A DNA stretch of 64,000 nt from Burkholderiales bacterium (GCA_035499575.1 DATJYN010000018.1:9191-73190), one strand, 5' to 3'. Shown: positions 47,858 to 57,611, numbered from the stretch's first letter. Notes: generated from the letters alone by a model not told the origin. Translations and numbers: made by a program.

Positions 47858-49465
47858 CTATTTCAACACCGGCGGCGTTTCGAACGAATGGTACGGTGCC
47901 GGCGTCGGCAGGTGCGTCCATTCGAGCGAATCGGCGCCCTCCCAGGGCTTGTCGGGCGCCTTCTCGCCGCTGCGGATGCACTTCAGGACCACGTACAGGA
48001 ACAGCAACTGCGACAGGCCGAAGCCGAAGGCGCCGATCGAGCTGATCTTGTTCCAGGTCTCGAAAATCAGCGGGTAGTCCGGGACGCGCCGCGGCATGCC
48101 AGCCAGGCCGAGGAAGTGCTGCACGAAGAAGATCATGTTGAAGAAGATCATCGTCAGCCAGAAGTGCCACTTGCCGAGCGTCTCGTCGTACATCCTGCCC
48201 GTCCACTTCGGCAGCCAGAAATACACCCCGGCAAAGGCCGAGAACAGCGCGCCCGCCACCATCACGTAATGGAAATGCGCGACCACGTAGTAGGTGTCGT
48301 GCAGCTGGATGTCGATCGGCACCAGCGACAGCACCAACCCCGTGAAGCCGCCCATGGTGAACAGGAACAGGAAGCCGATCGCGAACAGCATCGGCGTCTC
48401 GAACGAAAGCGACCCCTTCCACATGGTCGCCACCCAGTTGAACACCTTCACCCCGGTCGGCACCGCAATCAGCGTGGTCGCGTACATGAAGAACAGCTGC
48501 CCCTGCACCGGCATGCCCACCGTGTACATGTGGTGCGCCCAGACGATGAACGAGAGGATGGCGATGGCCGAGGTTGCATAGACCATCGAGGCGTAGCCGA
48601 ACAGCGGCTTCCTCGAGAACGCGGGGATCACTTGCGAGACCACGCCGAAGGCGGGCAGCGCGATGATGTAGACCTCCGGGTGGCCGAAGAACCAGAAGAT
48701 GTGCTGGTAGAGCACCGGGTCGCCGCCGCCGGCGGCGTTGAAGAACGAGGTGCCGAAATGGCGGTCGGTAAGCGACATGGTGACCGCGCCCGCCAGCACC
48801 GGCATCGCCGCCACCAGCAGGTAGGCGGTGATCAGCCAGGTCCAGACGAACAGCGGCATGCGCATCAGCGTCATGCCCGGTGCGCGCATGTTCAGGATCG
48901 TGGTGATGATGTTGATCGAGCCGAGGATCGAGCTCATCCCCAGCAGGTGCACCGCGAAGATGGTGAAGTCCATGCCGATGCCCATCTGCACCGTGAGCGG
49001 GGCATACATCGTCCAGCCCACGCCCGGCGCGCCGCCCGGCATGAAGAAGGAGGAGATCAGCAACGTAGCGGCGAACGGCAGCAGCCAGAACGACCAGTTG
49101 TTCAGGCGCGCGAAGGCCATGTCGGGCGCGCCGATCATCATCGGGATCTGCCAGTTCGCGAAGCCGACGAAAGCCGGCATGATCGCGCCGAACACCATGA
49201 TCAGGCCGTGCATGGTGACGAACTGGTTGAAAAGGTCCGGGTTGAAGAACTGGATGCCCGGCTGGAACAACTCCAGGCGGATGGCCATCGCCATCGAGCC
49301 GCCGGTCATGAACATGATGAAGCTGAACCACAGGTAGAGCGTGCCGATGTCCTTGTGGTTGGTGGTGGTGATCCAGCGCATGATGCCGCTGTAACCGCCG
49401 TGATGATCGTGGTGGTCGTGCCCGTGGTCGTGGGCGTTGCCGTGGCTGTCGACGACTGCACTCAT
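47858..49465 (-). CDS. ctaD: Cytochrome c oxidase subunit I (aa3-type)
   Basis: 535 aa. WFFGHPEVYI, the haem/CuB histidines (HHMYTVG, VAHFHYV), and the D- and K-channel context. Confidence 0.98.
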   Translation of the reverse strand: MSAVVDSHGNAHDHGHDHHDHHGGYSGIMRWITTTNHKDIGTLYLWFSFIMFMTGGSMAMAIRLELFQPGIQFFNPDLFNQFVTMHGLIMVFGAIMPAFVGFANWQIPMMIGAPDMAFARLNNWSFWLLPFAATLLISSFFMPGGAPGVGWTMYAPLTVQMGIGMDFTIFAVHLLGMSSILGSINIITTILNMRAPGMTLMRMPLFVWTWLITAYLLVAAMPVLAGAVTMSLTDRHFGTSFFNAAGGGDPVLYQHIFWFFGHPEVYIIALPAFGVVSQVIPAFSRKPLFGYASMVYATSAIAILSFIVWAHHMYTVGMPVQGQLFFMYATTLIAVPTGVKVFNWVATMWKGSLSFETPMLFAIGFLFLFTMGGFTGLVLSLVPIDIQLHDTYYVVAHFHYVMVAGALFSAFAGVYFWLPKWTGRMYDETLGKWHFWLTMIFFNMIFFVQHFLGLAGMPRRVPDYPLIFETWNKISSIGAFGFGLSQLLFLYVVLKCIRSGEKAPDKPWEGADSLEWTHLPTPAPYHSFETPPVLK

Positions 49466-49476
49466 GGGCTTTCTCC

Positions 49477-50631
49477 TTACTTCCTGAGGGCCTTGACCTC
49501 GCTAGGCTGGATCGCCTCGCCGGTCTTGTTGCCCCAGTTGTTGCGCGTGAAGGTGATCACCGCGGCGAGCTCGACGTCGTTCAGCTGCTGGCCGAACGCC
49601 ACCATCGCGGTCTTCGGCCGGCCGAACAGCTCGGTCTTGATCTGCTCCTCCTTGGGCCCGAGCACCGTCTTCGAACCGTCCAGCGGCGGGAACGCGGGCG
49701 GCGTGCCCTTGCCGTTCGCCTGGTGGCAGGCGACGCAATTCTTGCTGTAGACCTGCTCGCCGCGCTTCTTCAGTTCGTCCAGCGTGTACTGCTTGTTGGG
49801 ATCGTCGGCGTTGGCCGCCATCAGCTTCATCTTGTCGCCGACCCATTTCGTGTACTCGTCCTGGCTCACCACCGTCACCACGATCGGCATGAAGCCGTGC
49901 TCCTTGCCGCAGAGCTCGACGCACTGGCTGCGGAAGGTGCCGGTGGTCTCGGCGCGGAACCAGAGGTCGCGGATGAAGCCGGGAATCGCGTCCTGCTTGG
50001 CGCCGAAGGCCGGCACCCACCAGGAATGGATCACGTCGGCGGCGGTGGTCAGCATGCGGATCTTCTTGCCGACCGGGACGATGAGTTCGTTGTCGACCTC
50101 GAGCAGGTAATGCTCGCCCTTGGGCGCCCTGTTCTCGATCTGCTCGCGGGGGGTGGAGAGCGTCGAAACGAAGCTGATGCCCTCGCCTTCGCCCTTCACG
50201 TAGTCGTAGCCCCACTTCCACTGGTAGCCGGTCACCTTGATGGTGATGTCCGGGTTGGAGGTGTCCTTCTGCGCGATCACGGTGCGCGTGGTCGGCCAGG
50301 CGATGCCGACCAGGATGATCGCCGGGATCACGGTCCAGAGAATCTCGACGGTGGTGTTCTCGTGGAACTGCGCCGCCTTGTGGCCCTTCGACTTGCGGTG
50401 CGCGTAGATCGAGTAGAACATGAACGAAAACACGCCGATGAAGATCACCGTGCACAGGAGCATCACGTATTCGTGCAGGTCGTGGATGTCGGCGGCGAGC
50501 TTGCTGCCCGCGGGACGCAGGTTCCACTCCAGCGCCAGCGCCATCCCCGAATACGCGATGCCGCTGACTGCGGCGAATGCGGCGAGCGCCCAAGTTGCGA
50601 TGCCGCGTGCCGGCTTGCGTGCCATCATCAT
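49477..50631 (-). CDS. ctaC: Cytochrome c oxidase subunit II with a fused C-terminal cytochrome c domain
   Basis: ORF 49477..50700 trimmed to ATG 50631. CuA site HSWWVP..CVELCGKEHGFM and a C-terminal CVACH haem domain. Confidence 0.95.
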   Translation of the reverse strand: MMMARKPARGIATWALAAFAAVSGIAYSGMALALEWNLRPAGSKLAADIHDLHEYVMLLCTVIFIGVFSFMFYSIYAHRKSKGHKAAQFHENTTVEILWTVIPAIILVGIAWPTTRTVIAQKDTSNPDITIKVTGYQWKWGYDYVKGEGEGISFVSTLSTPREQIENRAPKGEHYLLEVDNELIVPVGKKIRMLTTAADVIHSWWVPAFGAKQDAIPGFIRDLWFRAETTGTFRSQCVELCGKEHGFMPIVVTVVSQDEYTKWVGDKMKLMAANADDPNKQYTLDELKKRGEQVYSKNCVACHQANGKGTPPAFPPLDGSKTVLGPKEEQIKTELFGRPKTAMVAFGQQLNDVELAAVITFTRNNWGNKTGEAIQPSEVKALRK

Positions 50632-50756
50632 TCCTTTCAGGTGCGGATTTACGTTTTTCGCTCGGCGGAAAGCGTGAAAAATGCCGCGCAACATTACCAT
50701 AGCCGCGCCCCCCGCTCAAGCAAAAACGCGAGCAAATTCCTCGGGTTTCGCCATTT

Positions 50757-51602
50757 TCAGCGGCGCCGCTCGAACTGCACGATGCTGCGTCCGTCCTCGG
50801 TGCGATTCGCTGCGCGCCGGGCCGGCGCGCGCCAAGCGTGGCCGTACACCACCTCGAAACTGACAGGCAGCTTGCCCTCGCGCATCTGCGCGGCCAGGCC
50901 GGCGTCCAGCGCTGCACGAAATCTGCGGCCCGCGAGCCCGCGGGCCCGGTCCGCGCGCGCGCTGGTCTGGCCGCTTGCGCGCAAATCGGCGAGCAGCGCA
51001 GCGCCGTCGGCATACACCAGCGTGATGCGTTCCGCATCCATCACGGGCTCGGCAAAGCCTGCCGCCACCAGCATGTCGCCCAGGTCGTGCATGTCGACGA
51101 ACGGATGTACGCGCCCCGGGCCGGCCGCCGCGCGCAGTTCGGCGAGCGTGTCGGGGCCGAGCGTGCTGAACATCAGCAGACCGTCGACCGCCAGCACGCG
51201 GTGGAATTCGCGCAGCGCCGCGATCGGATCCGCCAGCCAATGCAGCGCCATGTTGGACCAGACCAGGTCGATGCTCGCGGAGGCGAACGGCAGGCGCGCG
51301 AAGTCGCCGCATACGGCCTTGGGCGGGTTTCTTTCAAACAGCTTTTTTTTTCCGGCGCGCAGCATGGCCAAGGCGAAATCGAAAGCAATCACCCCGGCGG
51401 CGGGATAGCGCCTGCCGAGCGCGCGTCCCGGCGGGCCGCTGCCCGCGTCGAGCACGCGGCGCGGCACGAGCTTCACGTAGTCGAGGCGCTCCCGCATGCG
51501 CGCGCCGATTTCCGACTCGAGCCGCGAGGCGCCCGCGTAGCTAACGGCCGCGCGCTCGAAACGGCGCCGGGCGAGCCTTGCGTCTACGACGGGGTCAGGC
51601 AC
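50757..51602 (-). CDS. Class I SAM-dependent methyltransferase (BioC-like)
   Basis: SAM motif VLDAGSGPPG and ..SIDLVWSNMALHW... 8-nt overlap with the upstream amidase. The BioC assignment is tentative. Confidence 0.7.
   Translation of the reverse strand: MPDPVVDARLARRRFERAAVSYAGASRLESEIGARMRERLDYVKLVPRRVLDAGSGPPGRALGRRYPAAGVIAFDFALAMLRAGKKKLFERNPPKAVCGDFARLPFASASIDLVWSNMALHWLADPIAALREFHRVLAVDGLLMFSTLGPDTLAELRAAAGPGRVHPFVDMHDLGDMLVAAGFAEPVMDAERITLVYADGAALLADLRASGQTSARADRARGLAGRRFRAALDAGLAAQMREGKLPVSFEVVYGHAWRAPARRAANRTEDGRSIVQFERRR
51343..51351. repeat. Homopolymer T9/A9 tract inside the methyltransferase CDS
   Basis: Forward cagcTTTTTTTTTccgg. Encodes AGKKKL on the minus strand. Confidence 0.9.
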
Positions 51603-52959
51603 GCGCCGCTGGCGCAGCGCCGGCCGCCAGCACGCCTTCGACGGCGCGCGCGACCGCGAGCAGGCGGCGGTCGGACATCGCCACGCCGCTGACCATCAGC
51701 CCCACCGGCGCCTGTCCCTGCGCGTGGCAGGGCAGCGTCACGGCGCAGCCGTCGAGGAAATTCACCAGGCCTGTATTGCGCAGGATGCGGCCGTTCCAGC
51801 GAAAGTAGGCCTCGTCGCTCGAGCTCGCCTCGGCGATCGTGGGCGCGATGCAGGGCGCGGCGGGCGCAAGGAAAGCGTCGAACGGCGCCATCAGCGCGCC
51901 GATTTCCGCAATGTAGGCCTCGCGCATGAGTCCCAGTTCGACGTACTCCCAGCCTGCGATGTCCTTGCCGAGCACCACGCGCTTGGCAACGCGCGGATCG
52001 TATTCACCGAGGCGGCCGAGCCAGCGGCGATGGATCGCGTATGCCTCGGCGGCGGCGAAACCGCCGTTCTTGAAATACTCCCCTTGCCGGTCGAACGCCG
52101 GCACCTTGCGCTCCTCGATCGCAGCGCCCGCGCGCGACAGCGCGGCGAGCGCGGCCTCGAACGCCTGCGCGACCTGCGGATCGAGATCGTCGAGCGCGCT
52201 CGAACGCGGCAGCAGCAGGCGCAGGCCGCGGGCCGGGGTCTCCGGCAGCGCGGCGTCCGGCTCGCCCGCGAGGATCGCGTCATAGGCTGCACAGCAGCCG
52301 ACCGTATTCGCGAGCGGCCCGACCGAATCGAGCGTGTACGAGAGCGGAAACGCGCCCCGCCGGGATACGCGGCGCATGGTCGGCTTGAAGCCGGTGACGC
52401 CGCAAAGCGCCGCGGGCTGGCGGATCGAGCCGCGTGTGTCCGAGCCCAGGCCCATCACGCACATGCCGTCGGCCACCGACACCGCGGCACCGGAGGACGA
52501 ACCGCCGGGAACACGTCCCGCCTTGCGATCCCAGGGATTCTTCGGCGTGCCGTAGTGCGGGTTGGTGCCGACCGCGCCGAAGGCGAACTCGACCATGTTG
52601 CTGCGGCCGACGATCACCGCACCCGCCGCACGCAGGCGGGCAATCGCCGGCGCATCCGCGGCGGCGGGCGGCGCATCGGCCAGCACTTTCGAGCCGGCGC
52701 GCGTGATGTCGCCAGCGATGTCGAACAGGTCCTTCACCGAGACCGGCAGGCCGTCCACCAGCGAGCGCAGCACGCCCGCCTTGCGCAGCCGGTCCGCATG
52801 GTCCGCGTCGGCGCGCGCGGAATCCGCGTGGACCTTCATGAACGCGCGCGCGCCCTCGCCCGCCGGGTCGGCAATGCGTGCGAGCGCCTGCTCCACGAGT
52901 TCACGGCTGCTGGTTTTACCGGCGCGCAGATCGCGCGCGAGCGCTTCCACCGTCCACAT
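51595..52959 (-). CDS. Amidase-signature family amidase
   Basis: 454 aa. The Ser-cisSer-Lys signature region GGSSSGAAVSVADGMCVMGLGSDTRGSIRQPAALCG. Confidence 0.88.
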   Translation of the reverse strand: MWTVEALARDLRAGKTSSRELVEQALARIADPAGEGARAFMKVHADSARADADHADRLRKAGVLRSLVDGLPVSVKDLFDIAGDITRAGSKVLADAPPAAADAPAIARLRAAGAVIVGRSNMVEFAFGAVGTNPHYGTPKNPWDRKAGRVPGGSSSGAAVSVADGMCVMGLGSDTRGSIRQPAALCGVTGFKPTMRRVSRRGAFPLSYTLDSVGPLANTVGCCAAYDAILAGEPDAALPETPARGLRLLLPRSSALDDLDPQVAQAFEAALAALSRAGAAIEERKVPAFDRQGEYFKNGGFAAAEAYAIHRRWLGRLGEYDPRVAKRVVLGKDIAGWEYVELGLMREAYIAEIGALMAPFDAFLAPAAPCIAPTIAEASSSDEAYFRWNGRILRNTGLVNFLDGCAVTLPCHAQGQAPVGLMVSGVAMSDRRLLAVARAVEGVLAAGAAPAARA

Positions 52960-52987
52960 TCAGGAAGTCTAGCGCACAATATTCCCC

Positions 52988-53683
52988 ATGCTCGCCAAGC
53001 TCGGCCGCCAATCCGCAAACCTGCTGTTCGGCGGCAGTTGCTACCTGTGCCGCGGAGCCGCGCACGGCGTGCTGTGCGAGCGCTGCGATGCGGACCTGCC
53101 TCGGCTTGGCAAGGAATATTGCCCGCGCTGTGCGCTCAGTTCGCCCGGCGGCGCGGTTTGCGGACGCTGCCTGGCGCAGCCGCCGGCCTACGATGCGACC
53201 ATCGCCGCGCTCGCCTACGGCTTTCCCGCCGACGTGCTGGTGCAGGCGCTCAAATTCCGCGGCGAACTGGCGCTGGCGCCCTTGCTCGGCGAATTGATCG
53301 GCGGTCGCGTTTCAACCGGCGACGCGGACTGCATCGTCCCCGTCCCGCTTTCGCCGGAGCGCCTGCGCAGCCGCGGCTACAACCAGGCGCTGGAAATTGC
53401 CCGCGGCGTCGCGAAGGCGACCAACGTGCGGCTGGCGCCCGACGCCTGCCGGCGCAGCCGCGACACCGCTGCGCAGATGGACCTGCCCCTGGAAGAGCGG
53501 GTGAAAAACGTGCGCGGCGCTTTCGAGTGCCCGCGCCTGGTCGAGGGCGCGACGGTCGCGGTGCTGGACGACGTCATGACCACGGGCGCGACGCTGGACG
53601 AGCTCGCCGCAACGCTGAAGCGCGCCGGCGCCGCGCGCGTGGTGAACTGGGTCGTTGCGCGCACCTTTCCGCTGCATGTTTGA
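52988..53683 (+). CDS. comF: ComF family phosphoribosyltransferase-like protein
   Basis: N-terminal Cys pairs (CYLC.., CERC, CPRC, CGRC) and the PRTase motif VAVLDDVMTTGATL. Confidence 0.88.
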   Translation: MLAKLGRQSANLLFGGSCYLCRGAAHGVLCERCDADLPRLGKEYCPRCALSSPGGAVCGRCLAQPPAYDATIAALAYGFPADVLVQALKFRGELALAPLLGELIGGRVSTGDADCIVPVPLSPERLRSRGYNQALEIARGVAKATNVRLAPDACRRSRDTAAQMDLPLEERVKNVRGAFECPRLVEGATVAVLDDVMTTGATLDELAATLKRAGAARVVNWVVARTFPLHV

Positions 53684-54131
53684 CATCGTCCTCTACCAGC
53701 CTGAGATCCCGCCCAACGCCGGCAACGTCATCCGGCTCGCCGCCAACACCGGCGCGCGCCTGCACCTGGTCGAGCCGCTCGGGTTTTCCATGGACGACAA
53801 GCAACTCAAGCGCGCCGGGCTCGACTACCGCGAGTACGCCAGCGTGCGCGTGCACGCAAACTGGAAATCCTGCCTGGAGCTTTTGGCGGGGAGGCGCCTT
53901 TTTGCAGTGACGACCCGAAGCACGAAAAATCTGTACGACGAAAATTTCCGCGAGAACGACGTTTTCGTTTTCGGCTCCGAGACCGCCGGGCTTCCGGATG
54001 CAATCCTCGAGGCGTTCCCGTCCGAATTCCGCCTGCGCCTGCCGATGCGGCCAGGAAACCGAAGCCTGAATCTATCCAATGCCGTCGCGGTGACCGTGTT
54101 CGAGGCCTGGCGCCAACGCGGCTTCGGCTGA
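53676..54131 (+). CDS. trmL: tRNA (cytidine34/5-carboxymethylaminomethyluridine34-2'-O)-methyltransferase
   Basis: ORF 53655..54131 trimmed to ATG 53676: MFDIVLYQPEIPPNAGNVIRL. SpoU fold and the motif NRSLNLSNAVAV. Confidence 0.92.
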   Translation: MFDIVLYQPEIPPNAGNVIRLAANTGARLHLVEPLGFSMDDKQLKRAGLDYREYASVRVHANWKSCLELLAGRRLFAVTTRSTKNLYDENFRENDVFVFGSETAGLPDAILEAFPSEFRLRLPMRPGNRSLNLSNAVAVTVFEAWRQRGFG

Positions 54132-54143
54132 CGGAAAATCATC

Positions 54144-54950
54144 GTGCCATTCGACGAATTCATGAATTATGCATACGCGGCCATGGGGATGTTGATCGCG
54201 TTGGTGCTCGTCTGGTTCGCGTGCACCTACCGGCTTTCGCGGCAGCTTCGCGAACGGCATCCGGAGAAATACGATGAAATGGGCTTGGCGGACCTGCTGC
54301 CGCACGACGCGGGCGAGTGGTTGCGCGGCTACAACAATGCGATGCCCGTTGGCGCGCTGCTGAAATTCCTGTTCCGCCGTGAAGACGCGGTGCTGGACGA
54401 CGCTTCGATTTCCCGCCTCGCCACTTTCATGCGCTGGCTCTTCGGTGCATATCTTTTCCTGTTCGTCCTGTTCATTGCGGCCATTTTCTACGGGGGCAGC
54501 GCGGTTCAGCCTGCCAGCCGGGAGAACGCCTTCGAACTGCACCGCGCCGGCAAATTCACGGAAGCCATCGCGGCCTATGACGCGCTACTGAAGGACACCG
54601 AGCAGGATCCCGAACTGCACTATTGGCGAGGGGTCGCCTACTGGCGCCTGATCCAGTTCGACGCGGCGTTGCGGGATTTCCGCCGCGCCCTCGAACTGCG
54701 GCCCGCCTATTTTGACGCCTGCGTCGCCGAGGACAGGATTCTCGGCGCGCGGAAACACTGGGACGAAATCCTTCTCATCTGGGACAAGTACATCGCGGAA
54801 GTTCCCGGAAACGGGGACGCCTATTTCGAGCGCGGCGGCGCGAATTACCGCAAAGGCGACCTGGTGGCTGCGCAAGCCGACGCGCAAAAGGCCTGCGAGC
54901 TCGGGAAGAAGGAAGGCTGCGCCTGGGCGGACCGGCTTCGACCCAGATAG
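54144..54950 (+). CDS. Membrane protein with a C-terminal TPR domain, function unknown
   Basis: GTG start. Two hydrophobic segments (MGMLIALVLVWFA, LFGAYLFLFVLFIAAIFYG), then TPR-like units (AIAAYDALLK.., YWRGVAYWRL.., AYFERGGANYRKGD). Confidence 0.7.
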   Translation: MPFDEFMNYAYAAMGMLIALVLVWFACTYRLSRQLRERHPEKYDEMGLADLLPHDAGEWLRGYNNAMPVGALLKFLFRREDAVLDDASISRLATFMRWLFGAYLFLFVLFIAAIFYGGSAVQPASRENAFELHRAGKFTEAIAAYDALLKDTEQDPELHYWRGVAYWRLIQFDAALRDFRRALELRPAYFDACVAEDRILGARKHWDEILLIWDKYIAEVPGNGDAYFERGGANYRKGDLVAAQADAQKACELGKKEGCAWADRLRPR

Positions 54951-54970
54951 CGCGCCGCCGCGGACAGGTT

Positions 54971-54986
54971 CGAAAGCCGGCTTTCG
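54971..54986. terminator. Perfect 6-bp stem / 4-nt loop hairpin between convergent genes
   Basis: CGAAAG-CCGG-CTTTCG between the TPR gene stop (54950) and the gpsA stop (54987). No U-tract. Confidence 0.3.
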
Positions 54987-55967
54987 CTAGCCTTCGGCTT
55001 TCGGATCCCGGGAAAGCAGCAGTTCCACCGCCTGCGGCGGCGTCAGCTTTCCTTCCAGGACTGCGTCCACCGCCGCGGTGATCGGCATGTCCACGCCGCA
55101 GGCCCTCGCGCGCGCGAGCGTGGCGCCCGCCGAGCGCACGCCCTCGGCGACATGGCCAAGTTCCGCGACGATCTTCGCGAGCGTCTTGCCGGCGGCGAGT
55201 TCCAGTCCGACGCGGCGGTTGCGCGACAGGTCGCCGGTCGCGGTCAGGATCAGGTCGCCCGCGCCGGTGAGGCCCATCACCGTTTCCGCCCGGCCGCCGA
55301 GCGCCACGCCAAGCCGCGCGAGTTCGGCGAGCCCACGCGTGATCAGCGCCGCGCGCGCGTTCTGCCCGAGTCCGAGCCCGTCGCAGATGCCGACGGCGAT
55401 CGCCAGCACGTTCTTCACCGCGCCGCCAATCTCGACGCCGACCAGGTCGTCCGTGTGGTAGACGCGCAGGCGCCCGCCGTGCAGCTGCGCGGCGATGCCG
55501 GCGGCAAAAGCACCGTCGGCGGCCGCGAGCGTAAGCGCGCAAGGCAGGCCGCGCGCGACCTCGACGGCGAACGACGGCCCGGATAGCGCGCCGCTCGGCG
55601 CGCGCAGACCGCCGGCCGCGACGATTTCATGCGGCAGCGCCGCGGTTTCGCGTTCGAAGCCCTTGCAAAGCCAGACCAGCGGCTGCCGGGCGCCCTTCAA
55701 CCTGCCCAGCAGTTCGCGCAGGCCGGCGACTGGCGTCGCCGCCACGAGCAACTCGGCGCCATCGACCGCCTTGTGCAGGTTGGCTTCGACGCGCAGCGAC
55801 TCGGGCAGCGTGATTTCGGGAAGGTAGCGCGCGTTGCGCCGCGCCTTGGCGATCGCCGCGGCCTGCGCCGCGTCGCGCGCCCACAAGCGGACCTGGTGGC
55901 GCGATGCCAGCACGGCGGCAAGCGCCGTGCCCCATGCGCCCGCGCCCAGCACGGCGAGCGCGGTCAC
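54987..55967 (-). CDS. gpsA: NAD(P)H-dependent glycerol-3-phosphate dehydrogenase
   Basis: ORF 54987..56084 trimmed to GTG 55967: [17 protein letters not shown] (Rossmann GxGxxG). 326 aa. Confidence 0.93.
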   Translation of the reverse strand: MTALAVLGAGAWGTALAAVLASRHQVRLWARDAAQAAAIAKARRNARYLPEITLPESLRVEANLHKAVDGAELLVAATPVAGLRELLGRLKGARQPLVWLCKGFERETAALPHEIVAAGGLRAPSGALSGPSFAVEVARGLPCALTLAAADGAFAAGIAAQLHGGRLRVYHTDDLVGVEIGGAVKNVLAIAVGICDGLGLGQNARAALITRGLAELARLGVALGGRAETVMGLTGAGDLILTATGDLSRNRRVGLELAAGKTLAKIVAELGHVAEGVRSAGATLARARACGVDMPITAAVDAVLEGKLTPPQAVELLLSRDPKAEG

Positions 55968-55977
55968 CGCGGTCTCC

Positions 55978-56409
55978 TCAGTCGCCCCAGACCTGCGCAG
56001 CGCGCACGAAGCCGGTGGCCCCATCCGCGAGGCGCACGCGCAGCCAGCCGTTGGGCGCGACCTCGACCAGCTCGAGCGCGACATTCTGCGCGGCCACGAA
56101 GGCCGCCGGCGCGCCGTCCTCGGCGCGCACGCGCACCTCCAGCGAAGGGCCGGTCACCAGCACCATGCGCTTGTCGCCGAGCGATTTCTTCTCGATCCAG
56201 CTGAGCGCACCCGCCTGGTCGCGCACCTTCACCCAGGCATCCAGGTTGACGATGACCTCGAGCGGATAGTTGCGCTGGACCACGAATAGCGGCGTGGCCG
56301 CGCGCGAGGGCGCGTCGTACAGCACCGCGGCGTTCTCCTGCACCGAACGGAATTCCGCCGCGTTCGCGCCGGTCGCGGCGAGCAGCAGCAGCAAGGCGGA
56401 CTTGTTCAC
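55978..56409 (-). CDS. Secreted bacterial SH3 domain protein
   Basis: Signal peptide [17 protein letters not shown] and two SH3b-like halves (..WVKVRD..GWI.., ..[14 protein letters not shown]..). Confidence 0.7.
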   Translation of the reverse strand: MNKSALLLLLAATGANAAEFRSVQENAAVLYDAPSRAATPLFVVQRNYPLEVIVNLDAWVKVRDQAGALSWIEKKSLGDKRMVLVTGPSLEVRVRAEDGAPAAFVAAQNVALELVEVAPNGWLRVRLADGATGFVRAAQVWGD

Positions 56410-56891
56410 TGCGCTACCTCAATACGCGGGCCGTCCGCGGCCTGCTGGCGCTGCAGGTACATCTGCTCGAAGGAAACCGGCTGCAGCACCACCGCGGGAA
56501 AACCGGCGCGCGTCACCAGGTCCGAGATCGCTTCGCGCGCATACGGGTAAAGGATGGTCGGGCAGCCGATCGCCAGCAGCGGATCGAGGTCCGCCTGCGG
56601 GATCGCGCGCGCGGTGAAGATGCCCGCCTGCGCGACCTCGGCCAGGAAGATGGTCTTTTCGCCGGCGCGCGCGGTCACGGTCACCGTGACCACCACGTCA
56701 AAGAGACCGTCGGCGAACTGGGTCGCCTCGTTGCGCACCTGGATCTCGAGCTGCGGATTGTCCTGCTGCATGAAGACCTGCGGCGCGTTCGGCACCTCCA
56801 GCGAGAGATCCTTCACGTACAGTTTCTCGATCTGGAAAGTCGGCTGGCCGCCGCCTGCGTCTCGCGCTATGTCGTTGCCCGTTGCGCTCAT
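56406..56891 (-). CDS. secB: Protein-export chaperone SecB
   Basis: 161 aa. FQIEKLYVKDLSLEVPNAP and CPTILYPYAREAISDLV. Confidence 0.95.
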   Translation of the reverse strand: MSATGNDIARDAGGGQPTFQIEKLYVKDLSLEVPNAPQVFMQQDNPQLEIQVRNEATQFADGLFDVVVTVTVTARAGEKTIFLAEVAQAGIFTARAIPQADLDPLLAIGCPTILYPYAREAISDLVTRAGFPAVVLQPVSFEQMYLQRQQAADGPRIEVAQ

Positions 56892-57151
56892 GGTGCCTTC
56901 GAAAGTAGTTGATCGAGTTGCCCCGAGTCCTCGAGGTCGTGCAGTTCGTCGCTGCCGCCGACGTGGCGGCCGTCGATCCAGATTTGCGGCACCGTGCGCC
57001 GGCCGCTCTTTTCCATCATTTCCCTGCGCCGCGCCGGTTCCAGGTCGACGCGCACGCGCTCCACGTCAGCGACGCCCTTGCGCGCAAGCAGCCTGTCTGC
57101 GGCCTGGCAGTAGGGACAGGCAGCGGTGCAGTAGATGAGCACGCGGGGCAC
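56888..57151 (-). CDS. grxC: Glutaredoxin 3
   Basis: ORF 56888..57214 trimmed to GTG 57151. Active site CPYC, then TVPQIWI and GGSDEL. 87 aa. Confidence 0.9.
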   Translation of the reverse strand: MPRVLIYCTAACPYCQAADRLLARKGVADVERVRVDLEPARRREMMEKSGRRTVPQIWIDGRHVGGSDELHDLEDSGQLDQLLSKAP

Positions 57152-57173
57152 CGGTCTATCCTTCTCCCCGCGC

Positions 57174-57584
57174 CTATTTCTTTTCCACCGGCAGGCCGGC
57201 CTGCTGCCAGGCAACGTAGCCGCCGCTTAGGTTGAAGACGCTGGCAAAACCGCCCTTGCGCAGCAGCGCAACGCCGCCGCCGGCGCGATTGCCATCGCCG
57301 CAATGCAGGATCAGCGGCTTCGCCTTGAATTTGTCGAGTTCGCTGGCCCGACGCTCGAGCTCCGCGAGCGGGATGTTGCGTGCGCCGATGATGTGCCCGC
57401 CGGCATACTCGGCCGCCGGGCGCAGGTCGACGACCACCGCGTCGTCGCGGTTCATCAGCTGCGTCGCCTGCAGCGTGCTGACCCAGGGGCCGCCCGCGCC
57501 CTTGCGCAGCAGCGGCCACAGCAGCATGCCGCCGGAGACCACGGCGATCATGACCAGGTAGATGTTCTTGAGGATGAAGTCCAT
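57174..57584 (-). CDS. Membrane-anchored rhodanese-like domain protein
   Basis: ORF 57174..58277 trimmed to ATG 57584. N-terminal TM, then a rhodanese fold with the active-site loop HCGDGNRAG. Confidence 0.85.
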   Translation of the reverse strand: MDFILKNIYLVMIAVVSGGMLLWPLLRKGAGGPWVSTLQATQLMNRDDAVVVDLRPAAEYAGGHIIGARNIPLAELERRASELDKFKAKPLILHCGDGNRAGGGVALLRKGGFASVFNLSGGYVAWQQAGLPVEKK

Positions 57585-57611
57585 GAGAGTCGCCACATTA
57601 TAATTCAGCGC

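Noticed and set aside
47585-49750. 721-aa plus-strand ORF, the longest unexplained ORF in the track
   Set aside because: It is entirely antisense to ctaD/ctaC, whose identity is unambiguous. The translation is Arg/His/Asp/Glu/Pro-rich low complexity with no recognisable domain, as expected from the lack of stop codons in the antisense frames of GC-rich genes.
51724-53910. 728-aa plus-strand ORF spanning the amidase, comF and trmL regions
   Set aside because: It is antisense to the amidase and then out of frame through comF and trmL. The composition is Arg/Ala/Gly-rich with no motifs, and all three overlapped genes have strong family signatures.
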